Assembly: GCF_011745625.1 (NCBI RefSeq)
Contig: NW_027191453.1
Location: 1 to 64,000 of the forward strand
Source of the DNA: Cladosporium halotolerans
Lineage: Eukaryota
Length of the DNA stretch: 64,000 nt
Direction of reading: 5' to 3'
The notes beneath the pieces are model-generated. The model saw only the letters and a list, made by a program, of their open reading frames with translations. It made no database searches and had not been told where the DNA came from. Of the stretch, positions 34,875 to 46,986 are shown piece after piece (within the stretch, counting starts at the first letter, position 1; every line of letters begins with the position of its first letter). The position numbers were made by a program, and so were the translations under genes.

Positions 34875-35765
34875 TCAGCCCATCCCATCCATCTCGGTCT
34901 CCTCCACGGCGTCGTTCGGTTCCTTTGGCTCCTGAGCTTCGTGGAACTGGATAGCGTCATCGATGTAGCTGAGGACGGCGCCGATGCTGTCCTCGTCTTG
35001 CGCGTCCAATTTCAGGAAAGACACCAAGCTGAATTCGTCGATCAGATGTCCAACAGCACGGTTTAGATTTGCAAAGTCCCGTCCATCCGTGACATCCTCT
35101 TGAATTCCAGCGTCAAACTTCTCTTTGTGATCGTACATCAGACCGCTCTCCGGCGCATCTTGCAGCAGTCCAATGTCTGCCTCGATGAAGCGCTTGAGAT
35201 CTCTCCTCGCGACTTGTCCTTTCACCAGATCCATCTTACTGAGGATGTTAACATGAGGCAGCTCGAGCATGAGCATCGCACTCATTGCACTCAGCGTGCC
35301 AGAGAAGAATTTTGCGCGGTCGACGATGAAAGTGCTTTCGAGAAGGTAGGCAGCGCACATGCTGATGTTTAAGCTGCCGCGGGTAAGGGCTTTGAGGAGG
35401 TTCGGCACGACGGGTACGTGGCTGTAGAGCTCGATCTGGCCGGGCATGTCGATGATGATCAGGTACTCGTCTGAGACCTCTTCAAGCGGATCGGTCAGGA
35501 AGTCTAGATTCTCCATGAGAAACTCAAAGCAGTAGATCAGTCCGCCGTTCGGGCCCAGGTGCAGCTCCTCCATGACATCCTCAAGGGTGATGAGGTCCTT
35601 GATGTCGACATCGGGCTCGAATGCGAATTCTTCGGCGGCGGGGTCGAGGTTGACGTAGAAGCACGAACGGCGGTTGTTCTTCAGATGCTGGATGAGACTA
35701 GAGCAGAAGGTCGTCTTGCCGGCGCCGGCGGGGCCCATGATGATGGTGCCATAGCGGGAACCCAT
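34875..35765 (-). CDS. GPN3: GPN-loop GTPase 3
   Basis: MGSRYGTIIMGPAGAGKTT, NLDPAAE, LGPNGGLIYCFE, DMPGQIELYSH, PHVNILSKMDL. Confidence 0.94.
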   Translation of the reverse strand: MGSRYGTIIMGPAGAGKTTFCSSLIQHLKNNRRSCFYVNLDPAAEEFAFEPDVDIKDLITLEDVMEELHLGPNGGLIYCFEFLMENLDFLTDPLEEVSDEYLIIIDMPGQIELYSHVPVVPNLLKALTRGSLNISMCAAYLLESTFIVDRAKFFSGTLSAMSAMLMLELPHVNILSKMDLVKGQVARRDLKRFIEADIGLLQDAPESGLMYDHKEKFDAGIQEDVTDGRDFANLNRAVGHLIDEFSLVSFLKLDAQDEDSIGAVLSYIDDAIQFHEAQEPKEPNDAVEETEMDGMG

Positions 35766-37301
35766 GTTTGCTTGGCCGAGGTGTCACGGGTTGAAGGATG
35801 AGGCTCGCGCGAAAGGCTGTCGGGAAAGGTGAAGTGGGTGCGGTCCGTCTCACCGATGAGCACGTGCAAGGCGCATGTCTCAGAGCCACGAGCCAGACAA
35901 CGACGCGCAACGCCGTACGAGGGGTACGAAGGGCAACGGCTGGAGGAGCGCGTGCGCAGGATGTTTCAAAGGTTCCAAAAGTCGACGGCCGGACACATGC
36001 CTCGGTGGGGGTTGGATCGGCCTGCTATGTACTTTTCTTAGAGCGCGGCGGGTGGCGGGAGGGAGAGGGAGAGTGTCGGCAGCTGCCGAGCTGCAGCCGC
36101 CGCCGGAGCCTGAGCTCGGGGGACGGGCTGGCGGGCGATTCTTCTCTCGCGTGCGCGCTGCCTCTGCTCCGTGTTCCTTTCCTTACACAACTAAATCCAT
36201 AGCGATGAGACGGCTCTTGCGGCAGAGAGCTTCACCCGCCTGGCTCACGCCGGGTGGCGTGGATGATGCTGCCATGTCCCGGGCCCACTCACCACCTTTA
36301 TGAGGGGCAATATGAGATCTTCTGAATGGACATCCGTTGTGTATATGTGCCGGTCTGTGATAGGACGGCACGCGTGGACGTCGACCCTTGGGATGGGACG
36401 CCGTGAGCCGGCGGAATGGTGGCTTCGCAACGGCCGCGGCTCTGGCAGGGCAGGCGAGATGGATGTCTGCCCGGCGGGCGGCAGAGAGGCAGGGCGCCTC
36501 ACGCACGTCACTCAATCATACGTAGGTACTGCTACTGCTGGCAAAAGTAAGACGCCGATGATGGCGGTGGTGGTGGCGGCGGAGAGCATGAGGGCGTGAG
36601 GGCGTGCTCGCCCGGCGCTGCAGGGTCAAGGTTGTTTTTCGGCAGCGAGCGTGCGGGCAACCTAAGGCAAGTACCTACGAAGGCCACGGCGGCCGGCAGA
36701 ACCTTTGCTGCAGGCTGCAGGTCGTGGTCGGTGGCCGTGGAAAATCCGGCGCCCATCGCTGGGCAGCCCACTGAGCCCAGCGTGCCATCCATCGCGCCTC
36801 GGCCGTGGCGCCTGAATCGTCTGCAGGCCTGCAAACCGCTGCGACCTGCCGCCCGCCAGCCCTTCCCGCCCGCGCTTGCCAGAGCCAAAGCCCGCCGGCC
36901 CACCGATAAAATGCGCACATATGGCGGCGTCGGGGTCCTTCAGCAGCGCACGCTCCCTATACCGCCGCCTTAATCCATTGCCATTGCGCTCCTCGTGGCA
37001 CCCTAGCCGCGCCCGGCGCCTTCACGCTCTCTGCTGAGTCTGCACACTCCGCGCCGGCTGCCGCTGCGGATGCCGCTCACGCGAAGCCCACGCCGTGAAG
37101 GTTGCGCCTGCCCCCCCCCGCGACGACCCTCCGTGCCTACTCGTCGTCATCTCCAGTTAAGCTCACCCTTGACGAGCCTTTTCTGAACCCTCGCCGAGTG
37201 CGCCCTCCCTCTGTCCTTTCTTGCCCGCCGTCTCTTCCAATCTCTCTCCTCCCTCTCCCACCACACCCGTCTTCACCAGTGCCATCGCCCTCGACACCAA
37301 C

Positions 37302-38549
37302 ATGCCCCAGCGAGTGAGGTCACAACCGCCCGCCGGCCCCGTGCCGGCTCCGATCCAGCCTGCCGTTGCGTACAATACCAAGACCGGCCGTCCCATCCGC
37401 CGCAGTGCCGGCAAGGCCGCGTCGCCCTTCGTCGACTCCGCCGTCGCCATCAGTGAAGTCGACACCGACCACAGCGACTCCGCCCAGGATGTCACCGACG
37501 ACGACGAAGGCATCATGGTCGTCAAGACTCGCAAGCGCAAGCGTTCGCCCTCGCCACCCATGTCTGAAGCGTCAATAACCGACTCCGAGGGCGACGCAAT
37601 GATGTCCGACTATGGCAACGCCGCTGCCTTGCGCAACCGCCCCACACAGTCGATTGAGCAACTGCCTCCCATACAGCTCACCCTCAACGTGCCTGCCGGT
37701 CCCGAACGCCAAATCGTCTTCAACATTGACCTCAACCCGTACCTAGGTCAACAACCCACCATCAATGCCACGCCCAATGTTTCAGAACCCTCTCCAAAAC
37801 GTGCCAAAACCCGTGGTCGCTCATTGAAGTCTGGCTCAGGTAGTCCCTCTGCTAGCAGGGCACCTTCGCGCACCACAAGGGCTGGCTTCCTGGATCTGCC
37901 TGCAGAACTCCGGAACGAGGTCTACCGTCTGGCGTTCGTTTCTCCTGCTCGCTTCGACTTTGGTTGCCCCAACAGGAATTTCCAACGTTCTTCCGCCTTC
38001 CTGCGTACCTGCCGCCAGGTCTACGATGAAGGCCGCAGCATCCTCTACTCGGAGAACGAATTCTTCTTCCAGCGCCAGAGCCGCCGCTACGGTCCCATCT
38101 GGGCCGCGGACTGGGGTGAGCTGGGCTTCAAACCGGTCCGCAAGTTCCTCAAGATGATCGGACCGAGCAACACCAGCTTCATCCGCCATGTGACGATGCT
38201 GTTCGAGGATGCGCAGCCGTCGTTGAACCCGCAGATGCACAACGCAGAAGAGCGTCGCTTCGTACACGACGAGAACCTTCACTCTGTCCTTCGCCATCTG
38301 GCTACACACGGCACCCTCGAGCGCTTCTACATGAACTTCCAGGGCCGCAAGACGCTGGACGTGTACTACCCAAACGACCATTTCCTCGACCTGCTCACCC
38401 GGATCCGCGCGGACGATGTCATGTTCGTCAAGCACCCTGTCTGGGCCCCTCACAGCACGTATCACTCTCGCTCGAAGCAGTCGAACGGCGTGGTACAGAT
38501 GTGCTTCGAGTCCATGGTGAGGAAAAAGAAGCTCTTCCTCGTCCAGTGA
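37302..38549 (+). CDS. Hypothetical fungal protein with an F-box-like motif
   Basis: Disordered N-terminus with RKRKR NLS, then GFLDLPAELRNEVYRL, FLRTCRQVYDEGRSILYSENEF, FLKMIGPSN. Confidence 0.8.
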   Translation: MPQRVRSQPPAGPVPAPIQPAVAYNTKTGRPIRRSAGKAASPFVDSAVAISEVDTDHSDSAQDVTDDDEGIMVVKTRKRKRSPSPPMSEASITDSEGDAMMSDYGNAAALRNRPTQSIEQLPPIQLTLNVPAGPERQIVFNIDLNPYLGQQPTINATPNVSEPSPKRAKTRGRSLKSGSGSPSASRAPSRTTRAGFLDLPAELRNEVYRLAFVSPARFDFGCPNRNFQRSSAFLRTCRQVYDEGRSILYSENEFFFQRQSRRYGPIWAADWGELGFKPVRKFLKMIGPSNTSFIRHVTMLFEDAQPSLNPQMHNAEERRFVHDENLHSVLRHLATHGTLERFYMNFQGRKTLDVYYPNDHFLDLLTRIRADDVMFVKHPVWAPHSTYHSRSKQSNGVVQMCFESMVRKKKLFLVQ

Positions 38550-38976
38550 GGATCCTTGGCAGCTCGACTTTTTTTTTCGGTCTTGGCTTTTTTTCTTTGA
38601 GACGAGTTCCTTGCACATGCATGTTTTTCGACATGCATTTCACGACTGGCTCTTCCTTTCTTTTTCTTTCGTACCTTGCGATGGTCTTTTATACGACCAT
38701 GGAGTTCAAGCGCAGAAGCTTGCAGTTTTTCATGACAACCACTGAACAGCACAAGCACAAAGGATGGCATTGGCATTTGCAGGCGTTTTCCAGAGCGGGT
38801 ACAAAAACCAGTAATGAGCGCATGGCTTGGGAAAAATCAAATGCTCGGGATTGATTCGCGCTTCGAGCGCTGTAGTGTAAATTTTAGCTGGCTAAAATGC
38901 ATCGCGACTTTTTCTCTCTATTGACCATTCGTCACCGTAATTTCATCACGTCTTCAATCTTCAAGCATAGGCTACC

Positions 38977-40263
38977 TCATGCCGAACCACCCGTAGCCTC
39001 CTCCTTCGACCTCCCAACAGCGATCGCCTCCGCATCCTTGCCCTCCAGGTGCCCGTCCGCCTTCGCCTCAACCTCACCGCTCGCCACCGCCGCCGGCTCA
39101 CCGCCCTTGGCGCCCGGGAACCTCGAGCCCAGGTTCTTCTCCTTTTTCTTCTTCTTCTCCGGCGCCGGCGGCGGCGGGTAGCCCCTCGCCTCGACCTCCT
39201 GCCACTCCTTCGACGCCTCGAAGACCCTCTGGATCGGCTCCAGGATCTCCAGCAGCGCGTCCGTGACCGCCGGCTTCAGCGCCTGCGGCTGCAGCACGTC
39301 CGCCGCGAAGTCCTCCTTGATCTTCTCGATGCCGGAGTACACCAGCGGCTCGGCGTCGCGCCGCGGCACCACGAAGCGCGGCTCGCCGGGCCTCTCGGTG
39401 TTCTTGAGCGCGGAGGCCGGCAGCAGGACGTACTCGACGAAGGAGATGACGCCGTTGCCGTCGACCTGGCGGGGCGGGCAGAAGGCCTTCTTGAGCTTCT
39501 TCTTCACCACCTCGGGCTTGTCGAGCAGGTCGACCTTGGAGTCCGGGTCGGAGGAGCTCATCTTGCCGCCCTCCTGCAGGCCCGGGATGAGCGGGTTCAT
39601 GAGGTGCGCGCGCTTGCGGTAGCCGATGCGCGGCAGGCACTCGGCCGCCAGCGTGAAGATCTTGCGCTGGTCGACGCCGCCGAACTGCGCGTCGACGCCC
39701 AGGTACTCCTCGTCGAGCGCCTGCATGACGGGGTAGATCTGCGAGGACAGGGGCGGCGCCTCGACCTGCTTGACGACCTCGGAGCCGGCCTTGGTGGCGT
39801 CGTGGCCGGAGACGGAGGTCGACAGGCGCAGGAGGTCGAAGGGGTAGCCGGCGAAGGGGTCGCCGGCGGCGCTGCCGCGGGTCTGGTAGTCGGAGCCCGT
39901 GACGAACTTCAGGCGCGAGACGTCGACGTTGACGGCGCGCATGGCCTCCGTGATGGCGTAGCGGTAGTAGCCGACGCGCTCCTTGACCAGCTCGATGGGC
40001 GCCTTGAGGTTGTCGAGGAAGCCGTGCACGTCGGCGAGGAGCACCGTGACTTCGCAGCCCGCCGCGAGGAACTCGGCGATCTTCAGCATGGGCACGAAGT
40101 AGCCGCAGTGCGGTTTGCCGGTCGTCGCGGTGCCCCAGTAGATTTTGAGGGGGCGTTCATTGTTGGTGAGGATCTCTTCGATGATCTCCGGGTTGAGGAC
40201 TTCTTGCAGGTTGCTCGTGATGAGCTGCAGTTTTTCCTGCGGCGTCTGGGCGAGGGCAGACAT
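38977..40263 (-). CDS. TYS1: Cytoplasmic tyrosyl-tRNA synthetase
   Basis: IYWGTATTGKPHCGY (HIGH-like), LADVHGFLDN, YPVMQALDEEYL, QFGGVDQRKIF, KMSSS. An in-frame upstream ATG exists at 40404. Confidence 0.96.
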   Translation of the reverse strand: MSALAQTPQEKLQLITSNLQEVLNPEIIEEILTNNERPLKIYWGTATTGKPHCGYFVPMLKIAEFLAAGCEVTVLLADVHGFLDNLKAPIELVKERVGYYRYAITEAMRAVNVDVSRLKFVTGSDYQTRGSAAGDPFAGYPFDLLRLSTSVSGHDATKAGSEVVKQVEAPPLSSQIYPVMQALDEEYLGVDAQFGGVDQRKIFTLAAECLPRIGYRKRAHLMNPLIPGLQEGGKMSSSDPDSKVDLLDKPEVVKKKLKKAFCPPRQVDGNGVISFVEYVLLPASALKNTERPGEPRFVVPRRDAEPLVYSGIEKIKEDFAADVLQPQALKPAVTDALLEILEPIQRVFEASKEWQEVEARGYPPPPAPEKKKKKEKNLGSRFPGAKGGEPAAVASGEVEAKADGHLEGKDAEAIAVGRSKEEATGGSA

Positions 40264-40653
40264 TGTTGGATGTGATTGCCCTGAGGGCGGGTTTAATTTC
40301 CGTGTGAGAGTGTTGTCACCGAGTGAGGCCTGCGTCCGTCCAGAAATGTTTCCCTGTGCCAGACTTTCCAATTCTGTTTTTATTATCGATATGTTTCTCC
40401 TCATATGTGACTCAATGCGGCGTAGTGGCGGCGAAAAGCCCGGCCTTTGTGCTGCGGCTGTGGCTCACGGGAGCGCGGGCGCTCGCCTGCCGATCAAATC
40501 TGGGGCAGTCGTACGCATTCACTCCCCTAAAGGCGAAGCTAGGGCCGCGCAGCGAACGCCCGCGCACAATACTTGAGGGGCAGAGCCCGCGCCTGGAATC
40601 GCTTCTGGTACCTAATCTGGCCATGGTGCTCAATCCGAGACCGTCACTCTAGT

Positions 40654-43600
40654 ATGGACGAGACGAGGCGCGAGGAGGCCGCCCTTGATGGGAGCGACGG
40701 CCATCCCGCGCAGCAGCCGCCTGCCAGCCAAGGCGAGACCGAGCACCCCACGCCTATCAACGACGACGGAGACGCTACAAAAGCACGAGCCGGAGGAGAG
40801 GCTGAACGAACGGACGAGGAGAAGCAGTCGAGTCAGACGAACCAGACGAACCAGACATCTCTCTTGCAAACTCTCACGGACCGGACTCTACACTTCCTCG
40901 CCCACGCGAGCAATGAAACCCTAGGGGCCTGTCTTGCGGGCTTGGGAGCTTCGACATACTTTGTCTTCGGTCGCGTGGGCTTGGTGATTATCGGTGTCGC
41001 TGGTGGTGTGGTACTTCATGCATCATGGGAAGGCATCCGCGGAGACGATCGGGACGAGAGCATCAAGAGACGGGAACAACAGCGGAAGAAGGAAACGGGC
41101 CTCGAACTCGCAAGACGGCTGCTGGACTTGCGACTATCTGCGGATACCGGAGAGGACGAGAAGGAGGAAGCGAAGCTCAATGCCAACCACCAGCTGGACT
41201 TCTCGCGCTTCGAGCCGGAGACCGCCGCGGCGCTGGACACTTTTGCAAACGCCGTGATCAAGGACTATGTACACTACTGGTACGGTCCCACCTTGCCTGG
41301 GGAAGAAAGCTTCCCATCTGAATGCAAGCATACTCTCGTGGCATTCATGCTGTCTCTGTCCGGCCATCTCGAGCGCAAGAGGCCGGCCGACGCATTCCTC
41401 GACCTTGTCACGAACACCAGCAGTCTGATCATCGTTTTCCTCAACGAGCTGGCGACCGCACTCAATGCCTCCCCAACAGTACCCGCCGATGAAGCCATTG
41501 CTCTGTACCTCCACCTGAAGCCCGACAGCAGTCTTGCCCACGTTCTGGACAAGCGCCATCAGGACCACAGACTCAGCATGGTCGCGGAAGATATCTTGAA
41601 GGCTTACTTGGATCCTAAAGCCCTTGCTTTTCCGCCAACACATGTCTTCCTCAAGGAAGTGTTGTCTCAGCTTGTGCTCAAGTCGACCATCAATTTGTGT
41701 TCAAGACCGGAGTGGATCAATGAATGGATCGTTTACGGTTTGGAGGCATCGGAGACCACCAAGAGCGTCATGGATATTGTAGATGCTGGTGTTGAAGGAC
41801 GTTCAGACACGAAACAACCCCAAAGCAACCCGAACGGAGGCGGCCAGTCCACGCCTGCTCAGAAGCCTGGCAGCAAGAAGGAGAACCAGAATCCTGTACC
41901 GACGTCCGAGCACAGAAGGAATCTGAGCCGTGCAGAGGAAGCTATGGATGACGCGATGAAGGAGGCTCGAAGGTTGACACAGCTCATGATCGAAGAGGAC
42001 CGACGGAGGGCGCAAGAGGAGGCCGATCACCCGGCTGCAGCTGCTCTCAGTAGTAGCGAAGACATGTCGGACGCGATCGCAACCAACGGGGCGCCTACCC
42101 CTACTTCGAGTGAAAGCGACCGTGATCGCCAGGAGACTGAAGCCTCTGCCTGGGGTGAGGATGCTGCCGTCGATCCCAAAACGGCTGAGCAGAGTGCTCG
42201 ACCGACGTCGACGCAGCAGCCGTTCACAAGCTTCGATCAACTGGTGCCAAAGCAACAAACCACAGCTCTTGCTGCTGAAGGTGCGGGGACCCCGCGAGCT
42301 GAAGGACCGCAGCTCACGTTATACAACGCGATCATCTCTCTATACGACGACTCCGTTCCTGGCGACAAGAATACGATGAAGAGCAAGCCCATGATAGACT
42401 ACATGATCCAGATCGAGCCTTCCAACTCAGCATTCCCAGGATGGATGATCGCAAGGAAGTACACTGATTTTGAGGTCCTACACGAAGTGCTTCGTCGAAT
42501 CAGCGTCATCACTGGCGCCAAATTCACAGACACTAATTCAGAGCTGCCAAAGTGGCGCGGCAACACGAAACCTGCACTGCGTGAACAGCTTGAGCGCTAT
42601 CTGCAAAATGCCATGCGCTACCAGTCGCTGGCTGAAAGCGAGGGCATGAAGCGCTTCTTGGAGAAAGAGCAGGCTTTGTCCAAATCACCTGGCGAGCGCG
42701 GAAAGTTTGGCTGGCCTACACCCGATGCGTTCGGTAAACTCGGTGGCAACATGATCGACGTTCTTGCCAAAGCGCCGAAGGATGTCGCAGGTGGTGTTGC
42801 CGGGGGTGGCAAGGCGCTCTTTGGTGGTGTAGCTGGATTCGTTAGCGGCAAGAAAGCCGCTCCATCGCAAGCAAGCCCGAGCAGAACCAGCATGAGCATG
42901 AGCAGGACGAGTACCAGTACTCCGCCATCTGGACTGCAGACCGGTGACTCCAGCATATCCCTCGCCTCTGAAGGCTCTTGGACGCACGCTACAGCTTCAC
43001 GGAAAAGCCATGACTCTCTTTCGTCGTTCCCGGCTTCCGCTCTAGAGCGCAAAGGTAGTTCAGCGACTACTCTGAGCACTGGAGGGAGAGGCGATGATGT
43101 GACTTCTCCAGGATCGTCTAGCTTTGACTTCAGCAGCCGCCCGCCTGAGCCCGTCCCTGGGCAGTTCTCACCTACTACACCGCCTGTAGAGACTGCGCCT
43201 GTCATCGACGAGGCTTTCGTCTTACCGCCTCCGCCGTCCGATATATCTGACGACTATGGGTCGCCTTCGCAGATGGCTCGGCTCAGCACGGACACGAAAC
43301 GCTCGAAGCTGGATCAGATGACTGCGGTGTCTGACGAGGCCCCAGCCACGCCCGCTAGTTCAGCACCGCCTAAGCCTGCTGTCAAGCCTGAGAAGAAACG
43401 CAAGCCGCCGTTGAACGAGCAGGAGACTTCTGTGGCGGTTGAGCTCATGTGTAAGTGAACGCCATTGCAAGCATCGTGACAAGAGGCTAACAGTATACAG
43501 TCGCCGTGATCAATGAGCTCTACACTCTCAGCTCTGCCTGGCAGATTCGCAAAACTCTGCTTGCTGCCGCCAAAACCTACCTCCTCCGCCCAGGCAATCC

Positions 43601-43961
43601 GCAACTCGAGGATATCCGCAAGCTCCTGCAAGAGTCAACTCTCGACAACAACCTCTCCGACTCCGGCATCGCAGGCCACGTCTACAAGCTCCGTGAGAAC
43701 GCCCTCCCCACCGAAGAGGAGATGAAGGCATGGGAGCGCGACTACCCGCCGAAGACCGAAGTCGAGAAGGACGAACTGCAGAAACGCGCACGCCACCTCC
43801 TCGTCACGCAGGGCATGCCCCAGGCTCTGTCCAGCGTCATGGGCGCGGCGGCCAGCAGCGAGGCTCTGGGTAAAGTTTTCGACTGCCTGCAGCTGCCTGA
43901 GGTCAGCCGAGGTTTGATGTTCGGCCTCATGCTGCAGGCTGTCAAGGTCGTTACGCACTGA
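40654..43961 (+). CDS. PXA + PX + nexin-C domain sorting nexin-like protein (Mdm1/SNX14-related); intron 43451-43500
   Basis: N-terminal TM pair; PXA (VIKDYVHYWY, LKEVLSQLVL..PEWINEWI); PX (WMIARKYTDFEVLHEVL, LERYL, MKRFLEK); C-terminal ALGKVFDCLQ. Confidence 0.85.
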
Positions 43962-44737
43962 GGCGTCCTTTGTTTTTAGGTGGCACGAGCCGCGTGGGCG
44001 AACAAAGGCTAGGCGAGATGTCGCTTCTCCGACCACGCCGTCGGATCAGGTACCGGCGCCATGGGTCTTGCCCGACATCTGCGGAATGGACCGAGCCAGG
44101 AGGCTCAAGACCATTGGGTTTGGAAACCTCACGATGTTCGAGCTCTTTGGTCAGTCTTCTTCGTCGAGACCTACACGACGTGATCTGCCCGGTACCCGCC
44201 ACTAGCGCCGAATGACACGACGAAGATGAGCAATGAAGCATTCCCGAGGGCCTGGACCACCCTCGACATTACTTTGAGGAGATTTGGAGAGCCATTCCAA
44301 ATTTTTGATTGCTGACAAAGAAGTCACAAAACACGCACTGAGCTCCGGCCTCGCCACGAGGCCAGGACAAAGCAGTGACGTGCGGGCATAACGTGGACTA
44401 ACAAAGAAAGCCACGTGGGTAAGCGAGGAAATACAAGCAAACATGATTGTAGGAGATTATGCGTTGGATAGCATTGTGTCGCGAGTATGACAGATTCTAT
44501 GACCTCGGTTTCTTGCCTATCGTTCTTTCCCAACCACCATCGGTTTCAACTCGTGCTTCGTTCAGACTCACCTGGAGTGATCACAGACAGCTTTTCAGCA
44601 ACAAAATCGACGACACTCTCTGGGTTGAATTGAAGACGGGACCGGTTTTCGTCCTCCATCAGCAATCACAACGCGAAAGCCCCAACAAGCCAACTCACTA
44701 CCGAAGTCAACCTCACCACCAAAGCCCAGCACCCAAA

Positions 44738-45937
44738 ATGCGCTCCAGCCTAAGCGTAAACCCAACCCCCTTCCGCTCCTCGCACCTCTCAATCCCCACC
44801 TCCCCCTTCACCCCGCAACTCCCCATCACCCCACCGCCCTCACGCCCACAAACCAAACCCACCACCGCCCCCCAACCTCCCCTCTCACCGCCCCCGCCAC
44901 CGCAAGAACCCCTCCGCTGGCTCTGGCAGTGCCACTGCTGCTCGCGCATCTACCACCTCGGCACGACGCGCCGCTGCCTCGACGACGGCCACTACTTCTG
45001 CGCCGGCGCGCCCGTCACCAAGCGCGACCGCAAGACCGGGCTGAGAGTCACGCGCAAGTCGCGCGCCTGCGCCAGCGAGTTCGACTACCAGGGCTGGAAG
45101 GCGTGGGGCGCGTGGAGGCGGGATGTCGGGGAGCAGAGGCGCGCGGCGGCGGCGTTGACCGCTGTTGTGGAGGGGGACGAGAAGATCGAGGACGTCGCGA
45201 CCGCGGTCCCTAGGCCGCTGTTTGCGCCGGACGAGGGGGCTTGGTTCGGGGGCGTTTTCATGGAGGAGGGCGCGGCGAGCGAGCAGGCTTTCAAGCGGCT
45301 GGAGAAGGACTGCTGGAATACTTGCGACTACCCGAGCGAGTGTCGGTGGGGCAAGCAGTTCGGCGCGCACCAGACGCAGGTTCAGTCGCAGGCGGCTGTG
45401 GCTGTTGCGGTTGTGTCGCCGCCCCCGCCGCCGCCTCCGCCGACGATGGTCGCTGAGCCGGCGGCGAAGGATTTGGAGAGGCCTGGCAGGAGCTATGATG
45501 GGCTTTCGTCCATTCCTGCGACGATCGAGGAGGTGTCGGAGACGGAATCAGAGGCTCACGCGCATGGGCAGGCTTTGACTGCGGCCCAGGAGACGACGAA
45601 GAAGCCGACGTTCGATGACTTGCTTGCGAGCGCGAAGAGGCGGAAGCGTCGCAGTACTGGTCCGCCGCCTAGTCCGCTCGCGTCAAATCCACCATCACCT
45701 ACGGAGGGAGAGGCGCAACAGGTTTCCGCAAACACATTTCAGAAGGCGTTCGATGACTTTGAACTTGATGTCAGAGAGTCGATCGGCAGAGCTGGGGTGT
45801 TATTGAATGACTTCGTTCATGGGTTAAGGGGAAGTGGAGCGTTGGAGGATGAGAAAGCGGAGCTGTTTGTGAAGGGGCTCAAGCCAAACTCGAAGAAGAA
45901 GTCAGCCGAAGATCAGGACCAATCGCTGAGCGATTGA
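44738..45937 (+). CDS. Hypothetical protein with clustered Cys/His/Trp motifs
   Basis: About 399 codons from ATG 44738: WLWQCHCC..RRCLDDGHYFC, ACASEFDYQGW, KDCWNTCDYPSECRW, flanked by Pro-rich disordered regions. Confidence 0.75.
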   Translation: MRSSLSVNPTPFRSSHLSIPTSPFTPQLPITPPPSRPQTKPTTAPQPPLSPPPPPQEPLRWLWQCHCCSRIYHLGTTRRCLDDGHYFCAGAPVTKRDRKTGLRVTRKSRACASEFDYQGWKAWGAWRRDVGEQRRAAAALTAVVEGDEKIEDVATAVPRPLFAPDEGAWFGGVFMEEGAASEQAFKRLEKDCWNTCDYPSECRWGKQFGAHQTQVQSQAAVAVAVVSPPPPPPPPTMVAEPAAKDLERPGRSYDGLSSIPATIEEVSETESEAHAHGQALTAAQETTKKPTFDDLLASAKRRKRRSTGPPPSPLASNPPSPTEGEAQQVSANTFQKAFDDFELDVRESIGRAGVLLNDFVHGLRGSGALEDEKAELFVKGLKPNSKKKSAEDQDQSLSD

Positions 45938-46986
45938 CAGCTCTAGAATCGTACTCATATTTTCAAGTATTTCCTCGGAATCAAGCGAAAACGTCTGAAT
46001 TTGGATTGGAAACATTGTGAAGGGTCCCACGCTCGTTACAGACGTGGTTGCTCAACCCTGCTAACCCCAAGTTCGACCCCAAGTTCAACCCCAACCCCAA
46101 CCCTAACGTCTGACCCGATTCACTGCGATCAGCCTTATCCACTGAAGGCTGAGGTAGGACGCACGAGACCGTCTATCAACATCGATGAACATACATGAGT
46201 ACCTATGTTGATTCAACGTAACGGTCTGCATTGGCATCCAATACCGCTCAAATGAATATAGGGTCACCGTCAACCTTGGCGAACATCGCGTCTTGAAAAC
46301 AACCGGTGCAGGCCCGGCCACCTCGTTGCGAAAAGCATTATAGTTCGCGTTCAAGTCAATTGAGATCAGATCAGTCCCTTGCATGACTGCACGTGTGGAT
46401 GCGCACGCACTGCTGTCTGCAGACTTCGACTTGGTCCAACGCGTGATTTATTACCTGCATGCTGGCCTCGGCGACTCGAAGAAATGACGAACTTCAACCG
46501 ACGGCGCTGGTCAAGGCTTGGTGTTTAGCCCGATGTGGAGGCGAAAATGGCGCACCGTGCCGAACGAGCGATACCGCCAGTTGCCGCTGGTATAACGAAC
46601 ACCGCAGTCGAGGCAGGAAGTGTCGATGAAAGGCATATCAATACGCATCACGAAATACTTCTCTCACGAGCAACTCAACGTGAGGCTTTTTCCAACCCCA
46701 AGCTCTTCGCCCTGGCCGATCTCCACGCATGCAGGCCAGAGGCTAATGCGCTTCTCGCCCAATGGCTAACGGATGACCGGCATTGGCTTCTGCGGAAGCC
46801 CGGCGTAGCCCGACATCATTCAACGGCTAAAAAGTGGGCCTCGCAGCCGGGCAACAAACTCCAGCGGAGATTCTGAACCTCGCTCGTCTCTCTCGCCGTC
46901 GCGTGCTACTGCTGTCAATCTCCAACCCTCTATCACCAGTCCGTCGCAACCTCTCCGCCGTCGTCCACCCAGTCAATCCCCTCAAG

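Noticed and set aside
39049..40275. 408-aa ORF antisense to TYS1
   Set aside because: Shadow ORF expected from near-total G/C third positions in TYS1; no recognisable motifs.
46050..46110. Telomere-like C-rich repeats (CCCCAA/CCCTAA)
   Set aside because: Only one exact CCCTAA; a short degenerate microsatellite.
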